Assembly: GCA_021151825.1 (NCBI GenBank)
Contig: JAGKWQ010000014.1
Coordinates: forward strand, 6,455-70,454
Reading direction: 5' to 3'
Origin: Cellvibrionaceae bacterium
Lineage (GTDB): Bacteria > Pseudomonadota > Gammaproteobacteria > Pseudomonadales > Cellvibrionaceae
DNA length: 64,000 nucleotides
The notes below the pieces were generated by a model. It had not been told where the DNA came from and did not search any database. It saw nothing but the letters and a program-made list of their open reading frames with translations. The position numbers and the translations under genes are program-made. This document shows positions 34,527 through 44,696 of the stretch, piece by piece (the first letter of the stretch is position 1; every line of letters starts with the position of its first letter).

Positions 34527-37500
34527 GTGAGTGCTAGTGAAGACATTAAAAAAGACCTAATCCGTTTTTTGCTTGAGCAGGTTAAAGATAAACAGCTCAG
34601 CAAAGATCGTGCACTAGGTTTTCTGAAAAGCCTCGAAGGCGCCGATAAGGCTACATCAAAAGATGTGGCCGTAATCGGCATTGCTTGCCATTTTCCTGAA
34701 GCAGATTCTAAAGAAGAGTTTTGGACTAATCTGGATTCCGGACGGCTCAGTATTCGCCCATTCCCGGCCCATCGCCGGGCAGATCTTTCAGCAATTGATA
34801 ACGGGCAGGCGGAGTTATTCGCCGGTGGCTTTCTGAATAATGTAGATGGTTTCGATAGCGCTTATTTTAATATTGCACCTGCAATCGCCCGCCATATGGA
34901 CCCTTACCACCGTTTGTTTTTAATGGCGCTGATCGAAGCGATTGAGGATGCCGGTTATAGTCGACAAGAATTGAATGGTAAAAATATTGGTGTGTTTGCA
35001 GGCAATGATCACACGCATCGTTTATTTAATTCCTATCTGGATTTTGTAAATGAACCAGGTTTCAACGCAATCACCGGCTCATGGACAGCTATATTCGCCA
35101 GCCGCCTTTCTTATTTATTAAATCTGAAAGGCCCGGCGATGGTTGTGGACACATCCTGTTCATCGGGATTGGTCGCGCTGGATTGTGCAATCAAAGCATT
35201 ACAGGCAGGCGATTGTGAATCGGCATTGGTCGGCGCCGCTAATTTATTTTTTGCACCGGGCAAGGGAATTGTTGGCGATATTGAAAACGATGATTTTCGC
35301 GTGCGTGCGTTTGATGAAAAGGCCACCGGTACCGCATGGGGTGAAGGCGTTGCTGCATTAATGGTTAAGACCCTGGCTGCGGCTGAACGTGACGGCGATA
35401 CTATTTATGGCGTTATCAAAGGTATTGCCGTTAACAATGATGGTGCATCCAATGGTATCACTGCGCCAAATGCAAAAGCCCAGCAAGATGTTGTACTTAA
35501 GGCGTGGGAAAAGGCGGGCATCAATCCTGAACATATTTCTTATATCGAATCTCATGGTACCGGCACCAACCTGGGTGATCCCATTGAAATCAAAGGCCTT
35601 GCTGGTGCGTTTGGCCGGCATACCAAACGTAAACAATTTTGTGGCCTGGGTTCGGTAAAAACTAATATTGGCCATACTGTTGGTGTTGCCGGCCTTGCAT
35701 CATTAATTAAAGTATTGCTGGCCATGAAACACCAACGCTTGCCAGCCAGTTTGAATTTTGATGTTCCCAACCCATTTATCGACTTTTGCAGCAGTCCAAT
35801 TTTTATTAATGACCACTCCCGCCATTGGGCTGCGGAAGGAAAACGTTTAGCTGGTGTGAGTTCTTTCAGTTTAAGTGGTACCAACTGCCATGTGGTGGTA
35901 CAAGAACCTGAATTATCAAGCAGAGCAATTATTGCTAATCGCGTACATTTGTTTCCGCTTTCAGCGCGTAACGAAACGCTATTGCAACAAACGTTACAAC
36001 GTTATATTCAATTTATTGAGCGCGAGCCTTTGGCTAATTTGATAGATGTTTGCGCAACAGCAGCTATTGGGCGCGAGCATCATCCACTGCGTATAGCCAT
36101 TACTTGTGACAGTCTTTACCAACTCAAAGATCAGCTTATTGAGTTATTGAATGGGCTAGCACAGGGAAAATCGTTGGATCAATTAACCAATGTGGCCAAC
36201 ACAACAATTGCGCACGAAAAAACGGCGGTGCTGGACAAGCTAGCACGCGATATCACGAATTCAGATAAAACAGCTTTCGATGTTAAAGCACTTGAACAAC
36301 TTTCGCTGTTATATGCAGCAGGTGCAATGATTAACTGGTCAGCACTATTTGCTGATACGGGATGGAAGCGCGCACATTTACCCGCACAGCCATTTTTATT
36401 GGAACGCTATTGGGATAAAGCCGCTGGAAAAATCGCTGAACCGATAAATAATGCCAGTGTGGATTCTGATCCTAACGGTGAATTAAACCTTAAAAAGGAA
36501 TTGGACCTTCAACAAATATTGTCGTTGCTTGATAAACAAACCCAACTTTTTATTGGCATACCAGAGGATGTACTAACAGAAGTTAGTGCGCACAAGCTAA
36601 CGGCTTATGTCATCGCCGAAACCCTCGGCTATGAACAATTAAAATGGCAAGATGATTTTTATGCGTTGGGTGGTGATTCCATCAGTGCCGCGCGCATTAT
36701 CCATATCCTTAATGAGTTGTGCCTAACTAACATTTCCGTTGCTGATTTGCTGGCCGCAGAATCTCTGGGAGATTTCAGTCAAAAATTGGTAACTGTGTAT
36801 GGCCTGCCCGAAAAAATTCGCACGGTAGGTAACAGTGTGGCTCCTGAAAATAAAATCCAGCGCATTGAGCAGGCCAATACATACCCGTTATCCAGCGCAC
36901 AAAAGCGGATGTATTTGCTTTCACAAATAACACCGGAATCCACTGCCTATAATGTGAATTCTGTCATTGCTATGGATAGCCTGCCGGATATCGATCAAAC
37001 CAATGTCCTGGTACAAGCACTGATTGAGCGCCACGAAATTCTGCGCACCGGTTTTGAAATGGCGGGTAATGACCCAGTACAACGAGTTCACGATAAAGTC
37101 ATTTTTAACACTGATATTTATGATCTAAAAGATTGCAGCCTGGATGACATCCAGAAACAGATTGCAGCTGTTATCAAACAATTTATTCGCCCGTTTGATT
37201 TAACAAAACCACCACTGTTGCGCCTGGGTTTTATGTTGGCACCGCAGGACCGTTACTATATGTTGATCGATATGCACCATATAGTGACTGATGGTTCTTC
37301 TATGGGGATATTGATATCTGATTACTTGCATCTGCTAGCGGGTAAAACGCTGCCACAGTTACCGTTTCAATATAAAGATTTTGCTGCATGGCATAACCAG
37401 CATGTGGTTAGCGATGATTACCGGCGGCAGGCACTTTACTGGCGTAACCGTTTTGCCGATGGAATTCCTGTTTGCGAATTGTCCGCCGATTTCCCTCGGC

Positions 37501-40500
37501 CAGTGGTGCAGCAATTTTCCGGTCAAAAAATACATCAACAACTTCCCGCTGAATTAACCGAAAAACTAAAAAAATTGGCAACAACCCAAAGTGTCAGCCT
37601 ATTTGTGTTGTTAATGGGCGCGTTGCGTGTATTGCTGTTTAAATACCGGGCAGGTGCGGATCTTGTTATTGGTTCTCCTGTCACCGGACGCAATCAGGCT
37701 GCATTACATTCTTTGATCGGAATGTTTGTAAACACCTTGGCATTGCGTGCAGAGGTAAAACCACAGGAATCGTTTGCAAGTCTTCTCAAAAGTTTGAAGA
37801 AAATTACCCTGGAGGATTTGGCACATCAGGATTATCCCTACGAAGATTTGGTGGAAAGCCTGAATATTCCCCGCAATCCCGGCCGTAATCCGCTCTTTGA
37901 TATTTACTTCGTGTTACAGAATGCGGATATGGGATTAGGTGGAGAAGGTGGGTTAGACACTCTGGAGATAGATACCGGAATCGCCAAATTTGATCTCACT
38001 ATTATTGCACGTGAAAGTCGTGGCAACCTGGCGATCGAATGGGAGTTCGCAACTGCCATTTATACGCCTGCTACTATCGCTAAAATGACTACCCATTTTG
38101 CACAATTACTGGAAAGCATATGCAGTAACGTCGATAGCAAAATAACCGGTCTTGATTTTTTATCTCCGCAAGAAAAACAATTTTTACTTCATGATATTAA
38201 TCAAACCGAAACTGATTATCCAAAAGACCGTGGAATTCCCGGTTTATTTCAGCAACAGGTTTCCTGTCGACCTGATTCAATTGCCGTGCAACACGGTTCG
38301 CAGCAACTCACCTATGCACAATTAAATGATCGCGCAAATCGCCTTGCGCATTATCTTGTGGCGCAAGGTATTAGCCGTGATGAGTTTATCGCGCTCTATT
38401 TTACGCCCTCTATTGATATGGTTACTGCAATTCTGGCTGTGTTAAAAACAGGGTGCGCCTATGTGCCGCTTGATCCTGAAAATCCGGTGGACCGCAATAA
38501 GGGAATTCTTAATGACAGTGCTGCTGCCTTGTTATTAAGCGTATCTTCTTTATCCGTTCCGGAGGATTGGCCTGCACAATTATTAGCAATTGATGCGCTG
38601 GATTTGCAAGGCTATACCTCTAGCAACCCTGATATTGCAGTTACGGGTGATGATCTGGTTTACGCAATGTATACCTCTGGCACCACAGGTAGGCCCAAAG
38701 GAACCTTACTGAGGCAGAAAAGTATTATCAGGGTAGTGTGTAAGACCAATTTTTTATCGCTTGATGAAAGCGACGTTTGCCTGTTGCTTTCCAGCTATGC
38801 CTTTGATGGTTGTGTACTTGATTTATATGGTGCGCTGTTAAATGGCGGCCGCCTTGTATTAATTGATAAAACCGACATGTTTGATCTGAATAGGTTAGGA
38901 AATATTATTCAGCAACAAGGCATCACTTCACTGTTTGCAACAACATCGCTGTTTAATGTTTTGGTCGATAATCAATTGAAGTGCCTGACGGGGGTGCGCC
39001 AGATTATGTTCGGCGGTGAAGCGGCCTCCAGCAAACATATTAATAAAGCGTTCGCCGTGCTTGGCCCGGGACGTTTAATTAATGGTTATGGCCCAACCGA
39101 GACCGCTGTATTCGCAACCACACTGTGTGTCCAGCAACCACCAGCATTGCACATGGCAGTAGCAATTGGCTCTCCAATTGCGAACACATACGTATACGTT
39201 CTTGACGAACAATTGCAGCCCGTACCAGCAGGTGTAGTGGGAGAGTTATACATCGGCGGCGATGGTGTTGCTGTAGGTTATTTAAACCAGCCTGAATTAA
39301 CGGCAGAAAAATTTATAACCAATCCCTTTGTTGCTAATGACAGGCTTTATAAAACCGGGGATTTGGTTAAATGGTTACCGGATTGCAATATTCAATATAT
39401 CGGACGTGCCGACCATCAACTAAAAATTCGCGGATTCCGTATTGAGCTTGAAGAAATACGTGAAGTGATTTTACAAGCAAGCGGTGTTATGGAATGCCTG
39501 GTTACTACTGACTCGCAACAGGATGGGCACAAACAATTGCTGGCCTATATCGTAGTTGACGAGCCAGAATGTTTTAACACCGATTTATTACGGCAACAAC
39601 TTGCTCGTCAACTACCAGATTATATGTTGCCGGGTAACATAGTAGTGCTTGCAGCGTTTCCATTGACTAATAACGGTAAAATTGACCGCAGCAAATTGCC
39701 TGAGCCCGAGCGCCAGCAAATACGCCGTGTTGCACCGTCCAATGCTGTAGAAATCGCCTTGGTGAGCACATGGCAATCCGTGTTGGGTTTAACCGATATA
39801 GGAATCAACGAAAATTTCTTTAGCCTGGGCGGTGATTCCATTCGCGGAATACAAGTCATTGCACATTTGCAAAATGCCGGCTGGCATTTGCAAATGGCGC
39901 AAATTTTCCAGTATCAAACTATTGGCGAGCTGGCCCCATGGCTTACACCGGTTTCTATCAGTACTGCAGAGCAGGGATTAATAACCGGAGCATTGCCATT
40001 AAATCCAATCCAGCGCTGGTTTTTTGCAACGCAACAAAACGGTCTGGATCATTTCAATCAATCTATGTTTATTGAGATGGACAATATTCCGGAATCCGCG
40101 GAACTGGAACAAGCGTTAATTTATTTATGTATACACCATGATGCGTTGCGCAGTCGTTTTTATTGCGATGATAATAATTGGCGCGGTGAAATTATCAATA
40201 ATCCGCATAATTTCATCCTTAGCGAATGGCAAGAAAAAGATTGGCAATGGGATAGTGAATCGCTCACCGCCAGACTCGCTGAACTGCAAACTTCTTTAAG
40301 GATTGATCAAGGTGTGTTGTTAGCCTTGGGAGCCTTTCGTTCTCCATCACAACAAGGCATTTGCATTGCGATTCACCATTTAGCGGTCGATGTTATTTCA
40401 TGGAATGTGCTGCTGGAGGATTTGCAAATATGCCTCACCGCAGCCATACAACACAAAACTCCGCAACTGAAGCCTAAAACCCATTCCATAATCGAATGGA

Positions 40501-41384
40501 ATAATGCATTAACAGAAAGTGCCAATAAGGACGCAACTATTGCGAATCTTGATTATTGGCTTGCTATTGCACAAACGAATATTCGTTCTATTTGTGCAAA
40601 TGCACCCATCGGCAAGGTTAGTGATGCGCGCACATTAAGCCATCAACTTTCAGCGCCGGTATCAGCGTCAATCATGGGGGCTGCCAATAATGCATTCCAC
40701 ACTGAGCCCCAACATCTCATCCTGGCCGCATTAACTATTGCATTAGAAATCTGGAAGGGGCCAGGTGATAGTTTGATCCAGCTTGAGCGCCATGGCAGGG
40801 ATGTAATTCCCATGCGCTCGGAAGCTCTGGATATTAGCCGAACCTGTGGATGGTTTACGGTTGCCTTTCCATTTCTATTAAAGGCCGATGCAGATTTTTC
40901 AAAGATTATTAAAGCGGTAAAAGAATCGCTCCGTTCAGTGCCGGGCAAAGGGCAAGATTATGGTTTGCTCACTTACCTGTGTGAAAAAATCAACGCAAGT
41001 GAACGTAATACCTTGCAACAATTGCAACCGCACATCGGATTCAATTTTCTTGGTTCGGTCGACACGGGAAGTTCACCCACCAAACAGGTCATTCCCCTGG
41101 GGCGGCAGCTCACGACCAGCCCGCACATGCGTCAACATTTGGCGCTGGATTTGGTGGTTAGCCTTGCTCGTTCACAGTTAGAAATCGAAGCGCTTTTTGA
41201 TAGTACTCGCCTTCATGAACAGGAAGTCAACGAATTTCTGCTGATATTCACGAATGCGTTGGACGACATTGGGAATTTTTGTCTGCAACGTGAGGTGGCA
41301 GAAAAAACGGCGAGCGATTTTACGGCTACTGATATTAAGCAAAGTGAGCTCGACGCCATTTTTGAAGATTTGGATATTTTTTAA
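34527..41384 (+). CDS. Hybrid KS-ACP-C-A-T-E (AT-less, non-reducing PKS module plus D-amino-acid NRPS module)
   Basis: KS DTSCSSG/ESHGTGT/NIGHTV; ACP GGDS; C HHIVTDG; A code read as DGLFMGGVFK (aliphatic, ambiguous); T GGDS; E HHLAVDVISW, ERHGRD, RTCGWFT, FNFLG. Confidence 0.9.
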   Translation: MSASEDIKKDLIRFLLEQVKDKQLSKDRALGFLKSLEGADKATSKDVAVIGIACHFPEADSKEEFWTNLDSGRLSIRPFPAHRRADLSAIDNGQAELFAGGFLNNVDGFDSAYFNIAPAIARHMDPYHRLFLMALIEAIEDAGYSRQELNGKNIGVFAGNDHTHRLFNSYLDFVNEPGFNAITGSWTAIFASRLSYLLNLKGPAMVVDTSCSSGLVALDCAIKALQAGDCESALVGAANLFFAPGKGIVGDIENDDFRVRAFDEKATGTAWGEGVAALMVKTLAAAERDGDTIYGVIKGIAVNNDGASNGITAPNAKAQQDVVLKAWEKAGINPEHISYIESHGTGTNLGDPIEIKGLAGAFGRHTKRKQFCGLGSVKTNIGHTVGVAGLASLIKVLLAMKHQRLPASLNFDVPNPFIDFCSSPIFINDHSRHWAAEGKRLAGVSSFSLSGTNCHVVVQEPELSSRAIIANRVHLFPLSARNETLLQQTLQRYIQFIEREPLANLIDVCATAAIGREHHPLRIAITCDSLYQLKDQLIELLNGLAQGKSLDQLTNVANTTIAHEKTAVLDKLARDITNSDKTAFDVKALEQLSLLYAAGAMINWSALFADTGWKRAHLPAQPFLLERYWDKAAGKIAEPINNASVDSDPNGELNLKKELDLQQILSLLDKQTQLFIGIPEDVLTEVSAHKLTAYVIAETLGYEQLKWQDDFYALGGDSISAARIIHILNELCLTNISVADLLAAESLGDFSQKLVTVYGLPEKIRTVGNSVAPENKIQRIEQANTYPLSSAQKRMYLLSQITPESTAYNVNSVIAMDSLPDIDQTNVLVQALIERHEILRTGFEMAGNDPVQRVHDKVIFNTDIYDLKDCSLDDIQKQIAAVIKQFIRPFDLTKPPLLRLGFMLAPQDRYYMLIDMHHIVTDGSSMGILISDYLHLLAGKTLPQLPFQYKDFAAWHNQHVVSDDYRRQALYWRNRFADGIPVCELSADFPRPVVQQFSGQKIHQQLPAELTEKLKKLATTQSVSLFVLLMGALRVLLFKYRAGADLVIGSPVTGRNQAALHSLIGMFVNTLALRAEVKPQESFASLLKSLKKITLEDLAHQDYPYEDLVESLNIPRNPGRNPLFDIYFVLQNADMGLGGEGGLDTLEIDTGIAKFDLTIIARESRGNLAIEWEFATAIYTPATIAKMTTHFAQLLESICSNVDSKITGLDFLSPQEKQFLLHDINQTETDYPKDRGIPGLFQQQVSCRPDSIAVQHGSQQLTYAQLNDRANRLAHYLVAQGISRDEFIALYFTPSIDMVTAILAVLKTGCAYVPLDPENPVDRNKGILNDSAAALLLSVSSLSVPEDWPAQLLAIDALDLQGYTSSNPDIAVTGDDLVYAMYTSGTTGRPKGTLLRQKSIIRVVCKTNFLSLDESDVCLLLSSYAFDGCVLDLYGALLNGGRLVLIDKTDMFDLNRLGNIIQQQGITSLFATTSLFNVLVDNQLKCLTGVRQIMFGGEAASSKHINKAFAVLGPGRLINGYGPTETAVFATTLCVQQPPALHMAVAIGSPIANTYVYVLDEQLQPVPAGVVGELYIGGDGVAVGYLNQPELTAEKFITNPFVANDRLYKTGDLVKWLPDCNIQYIGRADHQLKIRGFRIELEEIREVILQASGVMECLVTTDSQQDGHKQLLAYIVVDEPECFNTDLLRQQLARQLPDYMLPGNIVVLAAFPLTNNGKIDRSKLPEPERQQIRRVAPSNAVEIALVSTWQSVLGLTDIGINENFFSLGGDSIRGIQVIAHLQNAGWHLQMAQIFQYQTIGELAPWLTPVSISTAEQGLITGALPLNPIQRWFFATQQNGLDHFNQSMFIEMDNIPESAELEQALIYLCIHHDALRSRFYCDDNNWRGEIINNPHNFILSEWQEKDWQWDSESLTARLAELQTSLRIDQGVLLALGAFRSPSQQGICIAIHHLAVDVISWNVLLEDLQICLTAAIQHKTPQLKPKTHSIIEWNNALTESANKDATIANLDYWLAIAQTNIRSICANAPIGKVSDARTLSHQLSAPVSASIMGAANNAFHTEPQHLILAALTIALEIWKGPGDSLIQLERHGRDVIPMRSEALDISRTCGWFTVAFPFLLKADADFSKIIKAVKESLRSVPGKGQDYGLLTYLCEKINASERNTLQQLQPHIGFNFLGSVDTGSSPTKQVIPLGRQLTTSPHMRQHLALDLVVSLARSQLEIEALFDSTRLHEQEVNEFLLIFTNALDDIGNFCLQREVAEKTASDFTATDIKQSELDAIFEDLDIF

Positions 41385-41450
41385 ATTTAACTCGTTATAA
41401 ACCTGTGGTGATACCAGGTAGAAAATACCGGGACTGTATGGAAGTAAATT

Positions 41451-44400
41451 ATGCTAAATAAAGAAAATATTCAGGATGTTTATGGCTTGGCACCTATGCA
41501 GGAATGCATGTTGGTGCAATATGTCAAAGATCCGCAAACTACCGCTTATGTGGAACAATTTGATTTTACCTTGCAAGGTGAATTGCAAGTTGAATTACTG
41601 GAACAGAGTTTCAATCTAGTGATTCAAAAATATTCTGCGCTACGCACGGTATTTAGTTATCGTAAAACTGACCACCCACGCCAGGTCGTATTGAAGAAGC
41701 GTAATTTTGAATTGGCAATTGACGATTTTTCTGGCATTGATACCAGTATGCTGGTAGCTGCATTGGAGGAATTTAAACTCAATGATCGCCGCAAAGGATT
41801 TGATTTATCGGCCGATCTTTTATTGAGGGCTACGCTGATCAATCTCGGTAACCAGAAGCATCGCCTGATATTTACTTTTCATCATATTATTCTGGATGGC
41901 TGGTGCCTGGGCCTGGTATTTGGAGATGTTTTCTCTTTTTATGATGAATTATGCAAATTACCAACTGCAGTTATTGAGCCTCAAGAAACCTCAACATATA
42001 ACCAGTTTATTGCGTGGCTCGGCAGCCAGGATAAAGCTTCAGCCAATAATTATTGGCGCGAATATTTGGCGGGCTACGACGCACCGGTTGGTATTCCGTA
42101 TTTTGACAAGCCATTTAACGGTGATTTTTCTACTGCCAATCATGGGTTTTTATTAGGCGCTGAACTCACGGCTGCAATTAATAATATTGCAAAATCTCAT
42201 TCACTAACCTTCAGCAGTATTTTTCAAACGGCTTGGGGTGTATTACTGCAAAAATGCCAGGATACAGATGATGTAATCTTCGGTACGGTTGTCTCTGGCA
42301 GGCCGCCAGCATTGCCGGGCGTATTAAATATGGTGGGGTTATTTATTAATACCCAGGCATTGCGTATTAAAAGTGAACCAGAGCAATCCTTTATCACGTT
42401 AGCGGCAGCCACCCAGCAACATATATTTGCTGCAAGTGCTTATGAATTTTCTCCATTATTTGAGATTCAGGCGCAATCAGCATTAAATAATCAGTTGTTA
42501 AATCACATTGTTGCCTTTGAGAACTATCCGCTATCTGAACAAATGAAGGAAGTAGGTTTAACCGGGCAGGGCTTAAGGGTTCTGGATGTCGATGTGTTTG
42601 AACAAACCAATTATGACTTCAATGTTATTGTTAATCCTTCAGCTAACACTCGTGTAAGTTTTTCCTATAACGGTAACCGTTATCAAGCTGAGACTATTGA
42701 GGTTTTAGCACGCAGTTTGATGCATTTGCTAACTCAAATTGCTACAAACCCGACAGCACATGTTGCCGCATTAAGTATCTGTGCACCTGAAGAACGCGAG
42801 CGTGTTTTGAATGCATTTAATAACACTCGCACTGATTATCCGCATACCAGAACTATCGCATCGCTATTTGATGAAACCGCTACCGTATATTCACAAGAGG
42901 TTGCGCTTGCCTATCAAAATATCACGTATCGGTATTCCGAATTACGCGCTAAAGCGATAGTAGTGGCACACACATTCAAGGAAGCCGGTGTTGCTCCGGG
43001 AGATGTCGTTGGTTTGATAACCCCGCGCTGCCCGGAAATGATTGTCGGAATCCTTGCAGCATTTTATTGCGGTGCCTCTTACTTACCGATTGATGTAAAT
43101 ATGCCCGCTGGCCGAATTGAATTTCTGTTGAGCGATGGCAATGCAAAAATAATTGCAACATTGTCGAGTTTTGCCAGCCGACTACCATCGGATTTAGATG
43201 TTGTTGAACTTGATCGTGCCATTGTACAAACAATGGGCCATAACAATGATGCAATATCGCTGCCGGGCCTGAGCCTAAGTTCTTCCGAGCCCGCCTATAT
43301 CATGTATACCTCGGGTTCCACTGGCCAGCCTAAGGGATGTGTGGTGACGCACCGCAATATTGCACGTTTGGTAAAAGGAAATGATTTTGCATGTTTTGAT
43401 TCAACCCAATCATTATTGCTGACCGGCGCGCCTATTTTTGATGCAAATACATTTGAAATCTGGAGTGTGTTGTTAAATGGAGGGCGCCTGTGTTTGGCAG
43501 ATGAAGCCGATATACTTGATCCAGCCCGCCTGAAAAACCAACTTGCCAAACACAACGTAACCAGCTTGTGGCTGACATCTGCATTATTTAATCAACTATG
43601 CGAAGCCGATGTGAGTTTATTTGCCGGGTTACAACAATTATTGGTGGGTGGTGATGTGCTATCTCCCAACCATATTCGCAAATTGCGCGAGACTTACCCG
43701 GAAGTTGCCATTATCAATGGCTATGGTCCAACAGAAAACACCACATTTTCTGCCACGCATTTGATTGATCAAGTTGATACCGGACGTTTGCCAATTGGCA
43801 AACCCATCAAAAATTCCACAGCTTATGTCGTTGATAAGAACCTGCAATTACTTCCACCTGGCGCTTATGGCGAATTATGTGTAGGTGGTGATGGCATTGC
43901 TCTCGGCTATCTAAATCGCCCTGAATTAACGGCAAAAGTATTCGTTAAAAATCCATTTGCTGAGGGAAATTTATATCGCACAGGTGATATTGCTCGTTGG
44001 CTGCCGGATGGCTCAATCGATCTGCTTGGCCGTAAGGATTTCCAGATAAAAATTCGCGGCTTCCGTGTAGAGCTGGGCGAAATTGAGCGAGTCTTTACCG
44101 CAATTGAAGGAATACAGGAAGCGATTGTTATTGTGCGCGGTGAAGGTTCGGATAAACAACTTCACGCCTATTTCATTGCTGTTGATCAAATGGATGTAGT
44201 GCAGTTGCGTGCATTACTCGCACGGCAATTGCCGGGTTATATGATTCCCGTTTATATGTTGCAAATGCAAAAATTCCCACTCACGATAAACGGGAAAGTG
44301 GACCGTGCGGCATTACCCGTCATTGAACAAAAAGCGATTGCCGCAGTAGCCAATGTACAACCGCGTAATCCGGTTGAACAACAAGTTGCGGCAGTGTGCC

Positions 44401-44696
44401 GTGAAGTGTTGGGGCTGGATGCATTAAGTGTTCACGACAACTTCTTTGATATCGGCGCTAATTCGCTCAACCTTATTACCATTAACAATCGCCTGAAAAT
44501 AATCCTGAATCGCGACATTCCTCTCACCCTGCTTTTTGAGCATACCAGTGTTGCCCGGCTCGCTGAATATCTTGTGCAGGGCGAAGCACAACAACAAGAG
44601 CGCTTGCAGCAAGAACAAACAGAATTGAATGCTGCAAAAGATAACCTGATTAAAAATCGCAACTTAATGCGTATGATGGAAGTAGAAAGCGAATGA
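41451..44696 (+). CDS. NRPS module C(DCL-type)-A(Val)-T
   Basis: N-terminus IQDVYGLAPMQ typical of a post-epimerase C domain, HHIILDGW, A code DAFWLGGTFK (Val), T GANS. Confidence 0.9.
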   Translation: MLNKENIQDVYGLAPMQECMLVQYVKDPQTTAYVEQFDFTLQGELQVELLEQSFNLVIQKYSALRTVFSYRKTDHPRQVVLKKRNFELAIDDFSGIDTSMLVAALEEFKLNDRRKGFDLSADLLLRATLINLGNQKHRLIFTFHHIILDGWCLGLVFGDVFSFYDELCKLPTAVIEPQETSTYNQFIAWLGSQDKASANNYWREYLAGYDAPVGIPYFDKPFNGDFSTANHGFLLGAELTAAINNIAKSHSLTFSSIFQTAWGVLLQKCQDTDDVIFGTVVSGRPPALPGVLNMVGLFINTQALRIKSEPEQSFITLAAATQQHIFAASAYEFSPLFEIQAQSALNNQLLNHIVAFENYPLSEQMKEVGLTGQGLRVLDVDVFEQTNYDFNVIVNPSANTRVSFSYNGNRYQAETIEVLARSLMHLLTQIATNPTAHVAALSICAPEERERVLNAFNNTRTDYPHTRTIASLFDETATVYSQEVALAYQNITYRYSELRAKAIVVAHTFKEAGVAPGDVVGLITPRCPEMIVGILAAFYCGASYLPIDVNMPAGRIEFLLSDGNAKIIATLSSFASRLPSDLDVVELDRAIVQTMGHNNDAISLPGLSLSSSEPAYIMYTSGSTGQPKGCVVTHRNIARLVKGNDFACFDSTQSLLLTGAPIFDANTFEIWSVLLNGGRLCLADEADILDPARLKNQLAKHNVTSLWLTSALFNQLCEADVSLFAGLQQLLVGGDVLSPNHIRKLRETYPEVAIINGYGPTENTTFSATHLIDQVDTGRLPIGKPIKNSTAYVVDKNLQLLPPGAYGELCVGGDGIALGYLNRPELTAKVFVKNPFAEGNLYRTGDIARWLPDGSIDLLGRKDFQIKIRGFRVELGEIERVFTAIEGIQEAIVIVRGEGSDKQLHAYFIAVDQMDVVQLRALLARQLPGYMIPVYMLQMQKFPLTINGKVDRAALPVIEQKAIAAVANVQPRNPVEQQVAAVCREVLGLDALSVHDNFFDIGANSLNLITINNRLKIILNRDIPLTLLFEHTSVARLAEYLVQGEAQQQERLQQEQTELNAAKDNLIKNRNLMRMMEVESE

